A program made the position numbers and the translations under genes. A stretch of 60,422 nt of DNA, filler included, from Basidiobolus ranarum (taxonomy: Eukaryota): assembly GCA_040143965.1 (NCBI GenBank). It is 11 parts of 11 records of this genome, joined end to end, with 100 filler letters (N's around TTAATTAATTAA, not from the genome) between each part and the next. Parts side by side here need not be neighbours in the genome. Positions count along the whole stretch, not along the records: positions 22,068 to 27,475 come from JASJQH010008483.1; positions 27,576 to 32,980 come from JASJQH010008484.1; positions 33,081 to 38,474 come from JASJQH010008485.1; positions 38,575 to 43,964 come from JASJQH010008486.1; 7 more parts are not named here. One strand, given 5' to 3'. Positions 26,440 through 40,239 of this stretch are shown here, piece by piece (positions within the stretch are counted from its first letter, which is position 1; the number at the start of each line of letters is the position of its first letter). The notes beneath the pieces are model-generated. The model was not told where the DNA came from and ran no database searches. It saw only the letters and a program-made list of their open reading frames with translations.

Positions 26440-27475
26440 TGTGGAACTATTTGGGGGCTTGTTGGAAGTGGTTTGAGGATTGGAAGAATTGATGATTTTC
26501 ACTTATTGATATACTGAGAAGAATGTTGACGTTTGAAGTTCAGTCACATTGTAAATATACCAAAATGTAAAATTTGTTAAGGGAGATCTTCTAGGAGTAG
26601 TCTGAAAAATCTATATATCTGAGAACTTCTAAGTTAGGAAAATAATTCAACAAGATTTTGATTGAGAAAGATGAGTTAACAATGTTGAAGTATTTGGGAG
26701 CCTGTTGGAAGTGGTTTGGAGAATTAGAGCAAATGGTGGTTTTCACTTATTGATTTATTGAGTATTCAGTTGACATTTATAGTTTTGTCAAGATGTAAAT
26801 ATACTAATGTGTAGAATGTGTTAAGGAAGGTCCCAGGAACATGTGTGCAAAGTATAGAGCCTCTAGCACAAGTTTGAAAAAAACTATATAACTGAGAACT
26901 TCTAAGTTGGTAAAAATATTCTAAGTAAATTCCTTATGAGAATAATGGATAATATCTTAGTGAATTCTAAGATAACTAAGTACTAAGCTATACATGACTT
27001 TATAGGTGCTTAGGCAATGCTAATTTCAACACTCTCCCTCAATTAAATACTCATATACGCCAACCCTAATAAAGGTCTAAATTTCTCAAATTTCTGTCTA
27101 GCTAATGGTTTGGTTAATATATCAACAATCATCTCTTCGGTAGAACAATAAGTTAAGTCAATAAACTCATTTTCTACAGTCTCTCTAATGAAGTGATGCT
27201 TAATATCTATATGATTGCTTCTAGTGTGAAACATGGGATTTTTAGCTAATTTGATACAACTATGATTATCTTGAAATATTGCAGTTGGTGAAATTTGAAA
27301 ATAACCCAAATCTATTAAGATTTTTCTTAACCATATTTCTTCTTTTGTTACTTCACAGGCAGCCATGTATTCAGTTTCTGTTGTTGAAAGTGCTACAGTA
27401 GGTTGTTTCTTTGAATTCCCAGAAATAGCCCCATAGCAGCAAAGAAATAACTATCCTCACGTACATCTCCCGGCA
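26440..27475 (-). mobile_element. Copia family B 3' end: RNase H (27043-27450), PPT 27032-27042, 3' LTR 26683-27031, plus an older partial LTR 26440-26680
   Basis: Motifs QPTVALSTTETEYMA, HIDIKHHFIRE and DILTKPL. TTGAGGGAGAG precedes TGTTGAAATTAGCATTGCC. Confidence 0.92.
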
Positions 27476-28551
27476 NNNNNNNNNNNNNNNNNNNNNNNNN
27501 NNNNNNNNNNNNNNNNNNNTTAATTAATTAANNNNNNNNNNNNNNNNNNNNNNNNNNNNNNNNNNNNNNNNNNNNCTCTCATACTGGGAAAACTTTATAT
27601 GGAATTACCTTTCTAGGAGTTCTCATTACGGCGAGAGAAACAATGCAGTTATATGAATCTCACGGTGCATCAGAAACCGGGGCTTACTGTGTCTATAGCT
27701 ACAGGATCATGGAAAGGAGAGCAACAACTCCACTGCTACAAATAGACCAGAGTGGATACAAGAGGAAAATCACCACTCGTACAAATGATGTCAACCGTCG
27801 TGAGGGGAAATGAGTGTTACTGGTGGTGAAACCTTCATACAATCACCATACTCGCTCACAACCTCGTTTCCACCCCTATTTTATCTGTCTTAATCATATT
27901 TCCTGGCCCTAAGAATGGTTTTTGTATTATATTACTACAAAGTGGACCTTTCGATGCTTTAAGAATGATGTGGCTTTCATGTACAAGTACGGAAAATACA
28001 CTTGTCAACATGCATAGTTCATGCTCCAATAGAGTTCTTTGCATCAGCCTAAAGCCCTTTCTTTACAGTCAAAGATGTATTTATGTTACTCGTGCAATGA
28101 CAAGGGTAGGCACTTCTCAAACGACTGTCATTGGGATTAGAAAGATTCCAAAGTAATCCCTGTAGTTTATTTATGGATGGAAGGATGAGATGTCTACGTC
28201 CCCTCCCTTTCCTCGGCTCAGGCAATAAAAATAATCCACTTTTTTATACATATTTACCACAGTATCTTTAAATAGACGAGGGAAGGCCAGGGGAAGAGGT
28301 TGACAGAAATACGCGAGATATCAATGTATATATATGTAGACGCACTTTGTATACATTAAGCCAGTGACTGGAGTGTGCGTCAATGATCTTATGGTTCGAA
28401 TCACCTCAGCTAGGCTTGATACTGGTATAGAGTTATTTGACAAGGTTTCATCATAAATGAAATTCTTCATCGAGTAGATCAGGCACACATGAGGATGGGT
28501 TCCCTCCTTGTTTTTGAGTGACCTCAAAATAGGATTCTAAAAGAAATGTAG

Positions 28552-31500
28552 TTAGAGGTCTCGCGAACGTGTTCCATTGGTTTGTTTCCTCAAAATATCA
28601 ATGCTACTCTGATAGCTGGTTCCCAACATGCTGTTACTCGCCGATTTATTCAGTGTGGCCGTATCTCCAACCGTGCCTTTAGACGTAGCTGCGGTGACGA
28701 TGGGCGCAAGTGGTGAATGCCGATAAGGGGATGATGATTCGACTGAGTCGTTCGTCATATTAGTGTGCCTTACAATCATCGATTTGCGCCTTTGTGAGAT
28801 TGGAGTAGGCGAAGAGGATGAGGAGATACTTGAGGTGGATACTTTCGCCGTTTCAAGTGAACCTGTAATCCAGTGATGTCGCAATCCTTCATCTGGGGTC
28901 ATACGTTTTTCTGGGTCCCATTCCAAGCATTTTGCTATAAAGTCCATGAATGCTTCATCCGTACACTTGAGAACTTGGTTTATATTTTTTGCTCCCGGGC
29001 TTCTTCGCTTCCCTTTGGAGTTGATCACTGGGCGAGGGTTGCTACTACTATCTATAGAAATAAAAGGGTCAATTGGAAACGTTGAGCAAGATAACACAAT
29101 GGAAATTAAACAAATTTTACCGAAAAATGCTGTTTTCCTAGAGCTCTTTTCAACAAGATAGACAGGTGGCGTTCCTAGCAACTCCATGATGCAGCTTAGT
29201 TGTTCCTTTTCGCTCTCTCCAGGGAACAACGGATAGCCCGTATAGAGTTCAGCTATGATACACCCCAGGCTCCACATGTCTATCGCCGTATTGTACGGTA
29301 TACCTAGAGGGAGAATCATGTGCTACTATTAACGAGAGGCCTCATGTGATGGAGAGTGATTGAGGTGAATATACCAAGGATAACTTCGGGAGACCTATAG
29401 AAACGACTTTGAATATAAGTGTAGACTGGAATTCGAAAATTATTCTTTAGCATATAATTTCAATCAATTGACAAGGGAAAGTAAACATATACTTCTTTCA
29501 CTCTCAAAACAACTACTTCCAAGATCGATCACTTTGATAGCACTTTTGTTGGGGTACTTTAGGAGTACATTCTGTTCAAAGCAAGTTAATGAAGTAGTAA
29601 AGAAGTGTACTAAGCGATGGAATATACCTCTGGCTTAAGATCACAATGTACCACATGATGCTTGTTTAGAAGAGATAGTGCTCGCAACATCTGCACTGTA
29701 AAACGGCGAATCAGATTGACACTGCATCCTTGAAAGGCATTACTCTTCAAGAACTCATAGAGATTGATACTTAATAGCTCAAAGACGATACACAAATGAC
29801 TTCGAAAGTAAAAGTGGTTGTGGATATGAACCAGATTCTTTGTATCATCAGGATCCTAGCAAGAAGAGGGTTAATGACTGTCAAGCAATGATGACACATT
29901 CGATCAGTACCCATTTCTTGATACACTCAAGGATTTTAAGCTCCACTAAAGCTTGTGTATGAAACCGTTTCTTGTTACGAATCAGCTTGATTGCCACTTG
30001 TTGACCAGTCTTATGATCTTGCGCCTTGATTACTTGACCGAAAGAGCCTTTGCCAAGGATTTCCAGAATTTCGTAGCGATAAAGTAGATGATCGTTCATA
30101 GTGATCTGATAATCACCTCGATCATCATCAAACCCTAAAATAAGTTAGTTGGCAAGGATGTGGATGAAGATTTACAGAAATGTGACTGGAATTTACCGAA
30201 ATTTGCGGACCCACCATTCGAAGTGGGCTTCTTACGATTGTTTTGACCACAATAGTAAACATGGGGGAATTGCAAGATCTCGGTTCTCTCATAGCAATGA
30301 AGCTTGAAGGTTGAGTTTTTCAAGATATCTAAGATGAGTGGCAGTATCAGTATGATTAATATGTATTCAAATATTGGCTAGCTTATGATATAAACCCACA
30401 TTGAGGAGTGAATCCGGTCTCTTCATTTTCCCAGGAAGATTCATTGCCACTCTCATCCAGCTTGGTTGTATCGTTTTCTTCTACGGGGCGAGTTCTTGAC
30501 AGCATGCGACTTCTATTAAGGTGACTATATTGCATATACTTGTCCGTATGACCATTCTTGACTCCCTTACTTCCAGATTCCGAAGCCTTAGTAGGCTTTG
30601 ATTCCCCTTCCTGAGTCATGGCTTTCGATTTTGCAATCCTGGAGGTGCTCCGCTTGGGGTTTAATGGAGAAGAAGCTTTGATATTTTTCATATCACCGAT
30701 ATGACTATGGTAATTTTTGGTCGGCGATTTTTCAAATTTACTTCGGGAATCTACGGCCAATTTCTGTGACGGTGTTAATGATTTGCTAGGTGTTGCCTTC
30801 AATTTTGTTGAGGATGGGCTATGCTTTGACGATGCCAAGTTATCCCCATCAGAAAGGTAAGGAGAAGAATCACGACTTCTCGAACCAATTTTGTTGATTC
30901 CCTTTGAAATCAATGGGCTTTTGGGAAGCTCTCTCCTCTCTTTGAGGCTACTCTGATCCATATCGGGAACAGTTAAACTGGTCAAAGTCTAATAAAATTG
31001 CCAAATTATTAATTATCAGGGTATTAGCATTTGAATGGAACATAATAGTTACCTTTCTACGGCTGGAAACCCCAGTCTCTACAAATTTAGAGTCGTTGGT
31101 GGAGATCTTAGGACATTGGGAATGAGTTTCAAAATTGGTTGGTTTAGGTAAAGATCTTTGGCCTAAGGTGCCATTAGATAATGTATTCCTTCTATTTGTG
31201 ATTTTCGCGTCGACATTTCCTGTTCTAATTTCTTTAGCCTGGGAGGGATTTTGAGATGAAACGAATGGGTTGGTTTGGAATTTGCTTTTAGACTCCATCC
31301 GATTTTTCTCGGCCTCAGATTTTGTCAAAGTGTTAGATTGAAGAAATGATACACGTGGAACACTGTTCAAGCTTAAGCTTATGTCACTCGTGGAGAGAGA
31401 GTTGGCTCGTAATCTAGTGAACATTGATGAAGTACTAGAAGAAGAAGTCTTTGGATCCCTATTGGGCTTGTTCTATTTGAGTTAAATATTGCGCGAGATG

Positions 31501-32264
31501 CTATAAATTAATCGAAGTACTAACTGTTGAGTCCATTTGGAGCGTATCATACGATGTTGTTTTCGATAAAGAAGTATTACCAAGTGTGAGGGGTCCGTGG
31601 GAAAACTTTCGACTAGGCTCCGTTTTAGCTTTAGGTTTGCCATTGAAGTTAGCGGGTTTAAAAGGGTTCAGTCTGGATGATGGTATATCCTGACGACTAC
31701 ACAAAGAATACGGATGTGAATATATGATATTTTCCTATGTGTATATAATATGAGTGAGTTTACTTGCGGTTGCTGTTAGGTGTGGTGTTTGCCTTCATAA
31801 AAAGCTTTGGTGAAGGTTGGACCTGAATCCAAGATTTCGGAACTGTTGTAACAGTTGGTCGTGGTTGGGCTGTTCGAGGAGAAGGTAATTCTAAGTGATT
31901 GGTAAAAACTCATTAAAGTCTGGAAAGGAGATAAAAACACTTAATTTATCCTACCAGGCGAAAAACTTGGAATACCTCCTTCAACCGGACTACTATTCCT
32001 CCAAAAGGCCGAAGAATTACCACTGAAGGATATTGACCTTTTGTGTCTTATTCTTACTATTGGAGGATGGGTTGTTTGTAGATTGGGCTCATCGTGAAGT
32101 TCATTTACTGTAGTCGAGATTGGTGAAGGAGTCCTGGTATTTGTATGTGCTGGTGCCGGTGCGGGGGGTAAACATGGGAGAATATAGGGAGAGCGCCGTT
32201 TTTGAGTCAATGGATGTAGACTGTTTCCTACGAACATAGGGGGAGATGAAGGAGCAACTTGCAT
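28552..32264 (-). CDS. DYRK2/Pom1-class dual-specificity kinase, multi-exon, with a long Ser-rich N-terminus
   Basis: DH box [49 protein letters not shown] and DMWSLGCI, split by short GT-AG introns. A 5'UTR intron lies near 32311-32408. Confidence 0.92.
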
Positions 32265-33101
32265 GACTGTACACTTAAACGATAAAGGAAACCCTCAGTT
32301 TTCTAGCCACCTGAAAATATGGACTGGTTTCTGTGGACAAGAATAACGCACGTTAGGTACAACCAAAGAGTATATATTCCGAGATTTCCAACAATATGTG
32401 ATTACTCACCGTCAATAAAGAACAGTAACAGAGAATTGAATAACTACTAGTTGGGGTAAAGCTCCAAATTCTGTTGCATAGCAAATCTTGGAGCAAGATG
32501 AGTTAATGTAAACTTTTGAGTGAAATTGTACGATAGAATCCGGATATACAAGGTATTATTTAATGTTAATAGGGGATACTTAATTGAATATTGAGTGATA
32601 TATAATCCTACCATTGTCACCAACCTCTTTATTGGCTAGAACATTCAAGTTTCAAGTGAAGTTCAATTCAATCTATAGGCTTGTGGATCGTTGATATAAT
32701 GCATTCATTTGATTAAAATCGAGTTCATTCATTCACACCAGGTCAGGCAAAAACGTACGTTCTCGATCTGCGCTATCCATCCCGCACATACTGGACATTC
32801 TAATGAGGATAGAGGCTAATCTGGTTGGTGATTGGTAAAACGAGAAATGCCTTTGTAGCGTTTTTCTGATACAATTAAAGTATTGTGGGGCAAATGACCG
32901 CCCCTTAATTGCAACGTCCAGGTCGCTTTGTTTGCACTCGGTCCATTACTCCATTGGCTGTGGCCTTCTTTGTTGAAGTANNNNNNNNNNNNNNNNNNNN
33001 NNNNNNNNNNNNNNNNNNNNNNNNTTAATTAATTAANNNNNNNNNNNNNNNNNNNNNNNNNNNNNNNNNNNNNNNNNNNNGAATGCTGCTGCAGCAACAT
33101 T

Positions 33102-33180
33102 GGACTTGTTCTCTGTGATAGTTCCATATTGTGCTGTATATATCATATTGGATAAAGTATTCTAAAATTTATGCGGCACA
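33102..33180 (+). mobile_element. Truncated MITE copy
   Basis: Matches the first ~80 nt of 13462-13643, preceded by ATT. Confidence 0.85.
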
Positions 33181-33732
33181 TCATTGATTCTTAGTTTGCT
33201 AAGATTATAGCCAATCATGTGCAACTATTTTGCAAGATCTTGATATTTCACTCCTGAAACTGAAAAAATTAATTAAATCTAATCTAACTTGATGATTTGA
33301 TGAACGTAAGTAAATATTTAATCCCAAATGGAATAAAATTGTGATGATTTCCTACAATAAGAATCCTCAAATTTCTTCTAGGGCTCATCTCTGATTAGAT
33401 GGCCTGGTATCTAACAATACCGGAAGTTAATTGATCTCCTTTTGAGGGCACCATTTAAGATGGCTGTTGAATATTTGACAGCTCCAACAATGCTTGATCT
33501 GCATTCTTTTGATGAGTATTAGCTCCCTGTGATTCCTTATTCATAAGCCTTGCACCTACGTATTCCAATGTGAACAACTCCAAGCTTTCTTCAAGGGCAA
33601 CTATAATGATCCTAGACTTGTCTGGCATGCCCCCAAATAATACATGACCATGTCACCTTCACTTTAAGGTGCTCCAATGGGTCAGAGCTGACAAGACAAA
33701 GCTCAATCCATGTATATGTTTATTCATAGAAT

Positions 33733-35477
33733 TGATTAAAGTGTTTAAGGGGTTTGCAAGTATTTTTACAGGATTTAGATTTGTGAATTAGACACTTTAG
33801 TTGTGTGATTTGATATGTCCTGTTTATTGTTTACTATAAAATAGGACTATTGGATGTGCTTAGATGATAACAAACATGCCAATGAAGCATGGGTGCCTAT
33901 TTGAGATGCTTTGGAAACACTTTGAGAAACTAGTGAAAATTGATAAAAGTGATCTGATTGGTATTAATATTAAAGATTAGAGCAAGGAACACACATTTTT
34001 GAATCCCAGAACTGAGTGCAAAATAATCATCATATGAATCATTTGACTACTCTATAACATGTTGCTATTTACCTAATTTCAACAATCCCACTCAAATAAT
34101 TGTTTTGTATCTCTCTGAAGCCTAAATTATATCTTAACAAATGAAACTGTGCTTTAGCTAAAGATTTGGTTAAGATAATTGCCATCATCTTTTCAATAAG
34201 TCAATAAACAAGTTCAATTAAATCATTCTCTATTGCTTCTCTAACAAAATGATGTGTAATATCTATATGTTGTGTTCTAGCATGACATGTGCAACTTTTA
34301 GCTAAACATATAGATATATATTTTGTTCTAGCATGAAATGTAGCATTTTTAGCTAATCAATTACAACTTTGAGTATCTTCAAATGCAGTAATGGCCTGTT
34401 TTTGCATATATCCTAAGTCTGTAAATAACTTTGTTAACCACATAGCTTTTTGGGTAGTAGCAAAGGCAGCCATATACTCAGCTTCTGCTATGAAAAGTGC
34501 CATTGTTTGTTGCTTCTTACTATTCCAAGTTATGGCCCCATTACCATTAAGAAAAGTGTGCCCAGTTGTTGAACATCTATCATCAAGGCTTCTTGCCCAG
34601 TCTGCATTACTCTAGCCTTCAAGATATTGTGCATCAGGAGTGCCAGTATAATCAAGAATTAGCTCTATAGTTCTTCTTAAATGCCTGAATGTTTGTTTTA
34701 CTGCAGTTTTGTGCCTAGATCCTGCATTTCTGAGATATTGCATGACAGTTCCAACCACCACAGCAATCTCTGGACAGTTTCCAAACATTGATTCATTATA
34801 CTCCCCACCATGCATTGATAAGGGAACTCCTGACTTTGATTTCAGTCATTTTGGGCAAAAACCAATGAAATTTTGATTAATATCACATTGGGATCCATTG
34901 TTGTTGATATAGGCTTGCTTTTGCTGTCATTTTGTCAGACATTTTCTAAACAGTGCTAATTCTATTTTCTAGATCAAGAATTGTGATTTCAGGTGAAAAG
35001 CTTGCTTCTTCATTAAAAACCCCATCTCTGCATTTAATTAACTACTGATTTTTGGTACAAAGAATCTGTAAGCCACAGAGTCTTCACTATAATCAAGAAA
35101 CATGCATTAAATGCTTTTAGGTTCCAACCAAAAGCCTTTTTGGGCTGGTACTAGAAAACATGTTTTGCAGCCAACAATCCTGGATATATCCACATTTAGT
35201 TTTGATCCATAATGGGCATGAAATGTGGTAGAATTTTGTAGCAGTTTTGCTGTGCATCTATTTTTGATATTGACAGCAGTAGAGTTAGATTTAGCCCCAC
35301 CTTGATAATTTAACTTTTGATCATGTAACATTGATCTTGCCATCACCACTACAGTCCTATTTGTATGTTCACCAACTCCGTCTTGCTGTGGCTTATAAGA
35401 TACAGTAATTTGTTGGCAAAGTACATATTTAGAACAAAAACTAGTAAAGTCTTTAAAGCAGTATCCTCTACTATTGT
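33733..35477 (-). mobile_element. Older, internally deleted copia family A element (integrase part, RT/RNase H remnants, 3' LTR 33733-34084)
   Basis: The minus strand reads YKPQQDGVGEHTNRTVVVMARSML, with SIAEAEYMAA-type RNase H text. A PPT abuts TGTTGAAATTAGG. Confidence 0.88.
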
Positions 35478-38474
35478 TGTTGAAATTAGGTAAATAGCAA
35501 CTCATGATTAAGTAGTTAGTTTATTCATATTCTGATTATTTTGCATTCAATTCTGCCATTCAAAAACATGTGTTTATTGCTCTAATTGATTGAAAAATCA
35601 ATTAGATCACTTTTACCAATATTCACTATTTTCTCAAAACCTCTCCAGATCATCTCAAATTTGCACCCATGCTTAACAGGCTTGTTTGTTACAATCTATG
35701 CACATCAAATAGTTCTATTTCATAGTAAGCTATAAATAGGACATATCCAATTCAATAAAACTAAAGTGTCTAATTTACAAATCCAAATCTTGTCCAAAAC
35801 ACTTCCAAGTACCCTAAACACTTTTTCCTGGTTATGAGCCCTGAGCTAGCTGTTTAAGGAATGTCTACCAGTACTATTACCAATGTTTATGCATGCACAG
35901 AGAAGTTTGATGGTGAAGACTTTCACCTTGGAAAGTTCAATATGCAAATGGTGCTAGAAGACAAGGACATTTGGGGATTTGTTACAGGAGAAGAAATAGA
36001 GCCAAAGGTACCACCAGAAGCTATCCTTGCCTTTCACAAGAAGCAGACAAAGGCACTCTCTACACTTTGTCTACATCTCAGGGATTCTCAATTGAGGCAC
36101 ATTCAATCAGCCAAAAACGTCCAAAATGCTTGGGAAACACTTGAGGGACTATATGAGACTACAAGTGTGGCTAATAGGCTATATCTTAGGTGAAAATCAT
36201 TCTCAAATCAGACAAATCCTGATGATTCTATGCTTAATCATATAAATTGGATAAAAACTATGGCAGATCAGCTCTTGTCCATTGAAGCACCTCTAAATGA
36301 AGATGACTTAGTCATGACACTACTTTGGAGCCTGCCAGACAAGTTTGGTAACCTCATAATTGCCCTAGAATCAAGATCAGGGCTATTAACAATGCAATAT
36401 ATTGGTGCTTGGCTTTTGAATGAAGAATTAAGGAGATCTAATTCTCAGCAAAATACTGCAAAACAGGCATATTTTGGAGCTGTGAAACATCCAACAGTAT
36501 TCAATAATGGTGCCCCTGATAGGAAATCAATAATCTGCAAGTATTGTAAGAAACCAGGCCATATTCTCAAAGATTGCAGAAAAGCAATTTTTGCCAAAAA
36601 GCTAAAACCAGAACTAGCAAATCAAGTAAGCACTGAGAGGGATCCCCTATTTGTGTTTGCCCTATCAATAACCACTAAAAAAGACTCAGAAATGTTGTAC
36701 ATTGATTCAGGAGCTTTCTTGCATATGTCAAACAGGAAAGATTGGTTTTCCAGTTTTCATCTAATCCAAACAACAAAAGTCTACATATTTGATGACTATA
36801 CACTAGATGCAGTTGGTAAGGGCACAGTTGTACTCAATTTAGACCAAAATTCCATTGCACCATTTGCACAATTGGAGGATGTACTCTACATACCAAATAT
36901 AGTCAAGAATCTACTCTCAGTAAGCCAAGCACCAACTCAAGGACTAAGTATCATGCTCAGTAAGGCTGGATGCACTATGACAGAATAGAATAACACCAAA
37001 TTAGCTACTGGGATCAAAACTCAAGATTTATACAAGCTAGAAATCAACAAATTACATTCTGAGCATGCAAACTTGGCCAAAACCAGTGAAGTAAGAGGTC
37101 AAACATGGCATAGAAGATTAGGTCATGTTGGGGAACAAAAACTGACCCAAATGATCCAAATTCAGCTTGTTTCACACTCAGAAATTGGAAATATCACTAA
37201 ATAGGATCTGTGTGAAGGTTGCATATTTTGAAAACATCACAGACAGCTGTTTTTAACCTCTTGAGAGATCAAATCCACTCAGAATTTTGCATGATTTGTT
37301 CTGCTCTATGTGGGCTCATGAAAACATCTCACTAGGTGGGAAAAGGTGCTTTATGATCTTTGTTGATGACAAAGCAAGATATATTTAGGTATTCTTTCTC
37401 AAAAAAATTGGAAGGCTAAGCTATGTTCAAGCATTACAAAGCAATGGTAGAGAAAGAATCAGCACAAAAAAGAAGGGTACTAAGGAGTGATCATGGGGGA
37501 GAATACTGCTCTAAAGACTTAGCTACTTTTTGCTCTCAACATAGAATTAAGCAACAGACTACTACATCTTATACTCCACAGCAAAATGGAGTTGCAGAAT
37601 GTGCTAGTAGGATCACAGTGGAGATGGCATGATTGATGTTACATGATCAAGAGATAGATTACAAATATTGAGCTAAATCTATCTCCACTGCAGTCTATGT
37701 CAAAAACAGATGCCCAACAAGATTGCTATTAAATTCTACTCCATTTGAAGCCCTAATTGGATCAACACCAAGTGTGGATCATCTCAGGATTCTTGGTTGC
37801 AGAGCATATTGCCTAATTCTAGCTCAAAAACACTCAAAACTGGAACCCAAAAGCAGAAAATGCATATTTCTTGGTTACTGTGAGGAATCTAAGGCCTGCA
37901 GACCATTTGATACCAAAAATCAGAGGAAGATCATGTGCAGAGATGTGATTTTTGATGAAGAAGCATATTTTTCACCTCATATCACAGTTCTTGACCCAGA
38001 AAACACAATCAGCACTATTCAGGGAGTTTCTGACAAAATTCCAGCTGTATCTGAGCCCTATTCCGCTGAAACTCCAGTCCTAATTACATCAGAGGATGAT
38101 TCAAGATCTAGAAGATCATCCAGAAGGCAAAATAAGCCAGGAAACTAGTGGAACACTTCCAATGAAAATGTATATGCTTATGCAGCATTCTGTGACAAGC
38201 CACAGACTCTGGAGCAAGCTCTGGAGTGTACAGAATCAAAATTATGGGAAAAAGCAATGTCAGATGAGTTTTCTTCACTTCAGGACAATGAAACAGTGGT
38301 TTTAAGTCCTCTTCCACCAGGGAGAAAGCCAATAAGTTGCAAATGGGCCTACCAAGTCAAAAACCAAGCCGATGGAGCCATTGGAAGGTACAAATCAAGA
38401 TTAGTTGCAAAAGGCTATTCCCAGACTCAAGGAGTTGATTTTAATGAAACTTTTGCTCCAGTTGCGAAGTGTAG
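35478..38474 (+). mobile_element. Copia family A element: 5' LTR 35478-35829, PBS 35830-35843, gag-protease-integrase-RT pseudogene
   Basis: Motifs CKYCKKPGHILKDC, YIDSGA, WHRRLGH, RSDHGGEY, PQQNGVAE and YKSRLVAKGYSQTQGVDFNETFAPV. Integrase precedes RT. Multiple stops. Confidence 0.96.
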
Positions 38475-38574
38475 NNNNNNNNNNNNNNNNNNNNNNNNNN
38501 NNNNNNNNNNNNNNNNNNTTAATTAATTAANNNNNNNNNNNNNNNNNNNNNNNNNNNNNNNNNNNNNNNNNNNN

Positions 38575-40239
38575 ACTTGAACCATATTAAAAATCCAGTG
38601 GCCAAGAGGGCTGATACACCAGCGTAACTAAAATCATCACCTGTTAGTACATGAATCACAATCAAACCAAGTAAAATAAGCAGCATACATGATAGAGGCT
38701 CCGTAATCAGTATTAGCCGACATATCTAACAAAGCACCCGCTACTGGATTTCCTATCATGTAACCCACTCCTAGAACACTATAAAGAAGCCCGAGGTAAC
38801 TGGCTAGCCCAGTAGTACCGTATATGTCCGCTACCACTACTGGAAGCATAGAAAAGTATCCACCAAATGATACACTACACGGAATTAAATCAATGAGTCT
38901 CGTCACTAATTTTCTCTAATGTGTTGTTAAACATACCCAAAAACTAGGCAGAAGGCAATGAGAACACCATACGATGTAGCCTTGAGCCACATGGTGAGAA
39001 TGCTAGCACCCATACAGAAAGCACATATCAAGAGTTGGTTTACACGACCAACCCTTTCAGTAACAAATATGAATACCAATCGGCCAGCACAAGAAGCACC
39101 ATTGAGGATACCAATTAAGAGGGCGCCTTTAGCGGGAGTAAATCCACACGACACCGCATAAGCTACACAATGAGATATATGAGAAATCATAAAATCATGC
39201 CCTTGAGAAATACATTTGTTACATACATGAGATAAAGTAAAATGGAACAAGATGACCAAGCGAGGAAAGAAGATTCATTCCCAACAAGGAGACAAAATCC
39301 AAATCCTTCCAAAGATTTTTAGATATCTTGGCCTTTGGATTGACCGGATCGATAGCTGAAATCGGTTTCGTTTGAGGAACAAGTACAAACGCGGTACTAC
39401 CTACAGCTAATAAGCAGACTATTCCTAGAATCCGTAGAGTCCAATTAAATCCTACAAGTCCAAACAAAGCGTCAATTCCAGGTGCAAAAACGAGACCTCC
39501 GACTCCAGCTCCACTCACTACATTTAAAGCAGAAATAAATATTTCTATCCTCTGCTGACGATATTAATAAGAGATATTTACCTGCTAAACTCACAGCAGT
39601 TGATCTTTTCTTTACAAACCAATGAGATGGGGCACTGATGGCAGGGAAGTAAACCATCGAAGCACCAACACCAAGGAGAAAACCCTGGGTTAAGTATAAC
39701 TGCCATAGCTAAGAATAAACCATTAAAATGTGATCCATGGAATCAGTTTTTATGTAAAGAAAGAGTACTTGAGTTGCAAACGAAGCTCCTATCAAGCTGG
39801 CAGCCAGGATGACTGATCCGGTCAAGATAGACAATCGAAAACCTAAACGTTCAGCTAATGGACCCGAAAGTACACCAACGACGTAGCATGTGGTAGATTC
39901 AATGGTTCCCACGAGAGCGATCTCTTTGGATGAATGTTGAGTGAATTTCACTTGTTCGTAGTATTGTTGGAATACACCAAATGTAAACTCAAGTCCGAAC
40001 ACTATGAAATGTACACAAAAGCTTCCAAGAACAATGAGCCAAACCCAACCTTTTTCCGTATTGTTGAATATCTTGCTTTCCTCACCGGGGTTATTCTTAG
40101 CCCCAATATAGCCCACTATCTCTTCGGTGATCTCTTGCGAGACAACTTGTAACTCAAAGGAGCCTTTTTTCTCCTCAGTAACATAGCGGCCAGTATTCGA
40201 TTCCAATTGAGGTGCTGTTGTAACCAATGAATCAATCAT
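38575..40239 (-). CDS. MFS monocarboxylate transporter (MCT/MCH-like), multi-exon, 3' end cut by contig end
   Basis: Motifs GWVWLIVLGSF, FGVFQQYY, LYLTQGFLLGVG, HWFVKKRSTA, GFNWTLRILG and IGNPVAGALLD, with many TM segments. Confidence 0.9.

Noticed and set aside
28445-28610. Possible alternative last exon of the DYRK kinase (CTAAC..TTTTAG acceptor near 28538)
   Set aside because: The donor is weak and the unspliced frame already ends in a normal stop. RNA evidence is needed.
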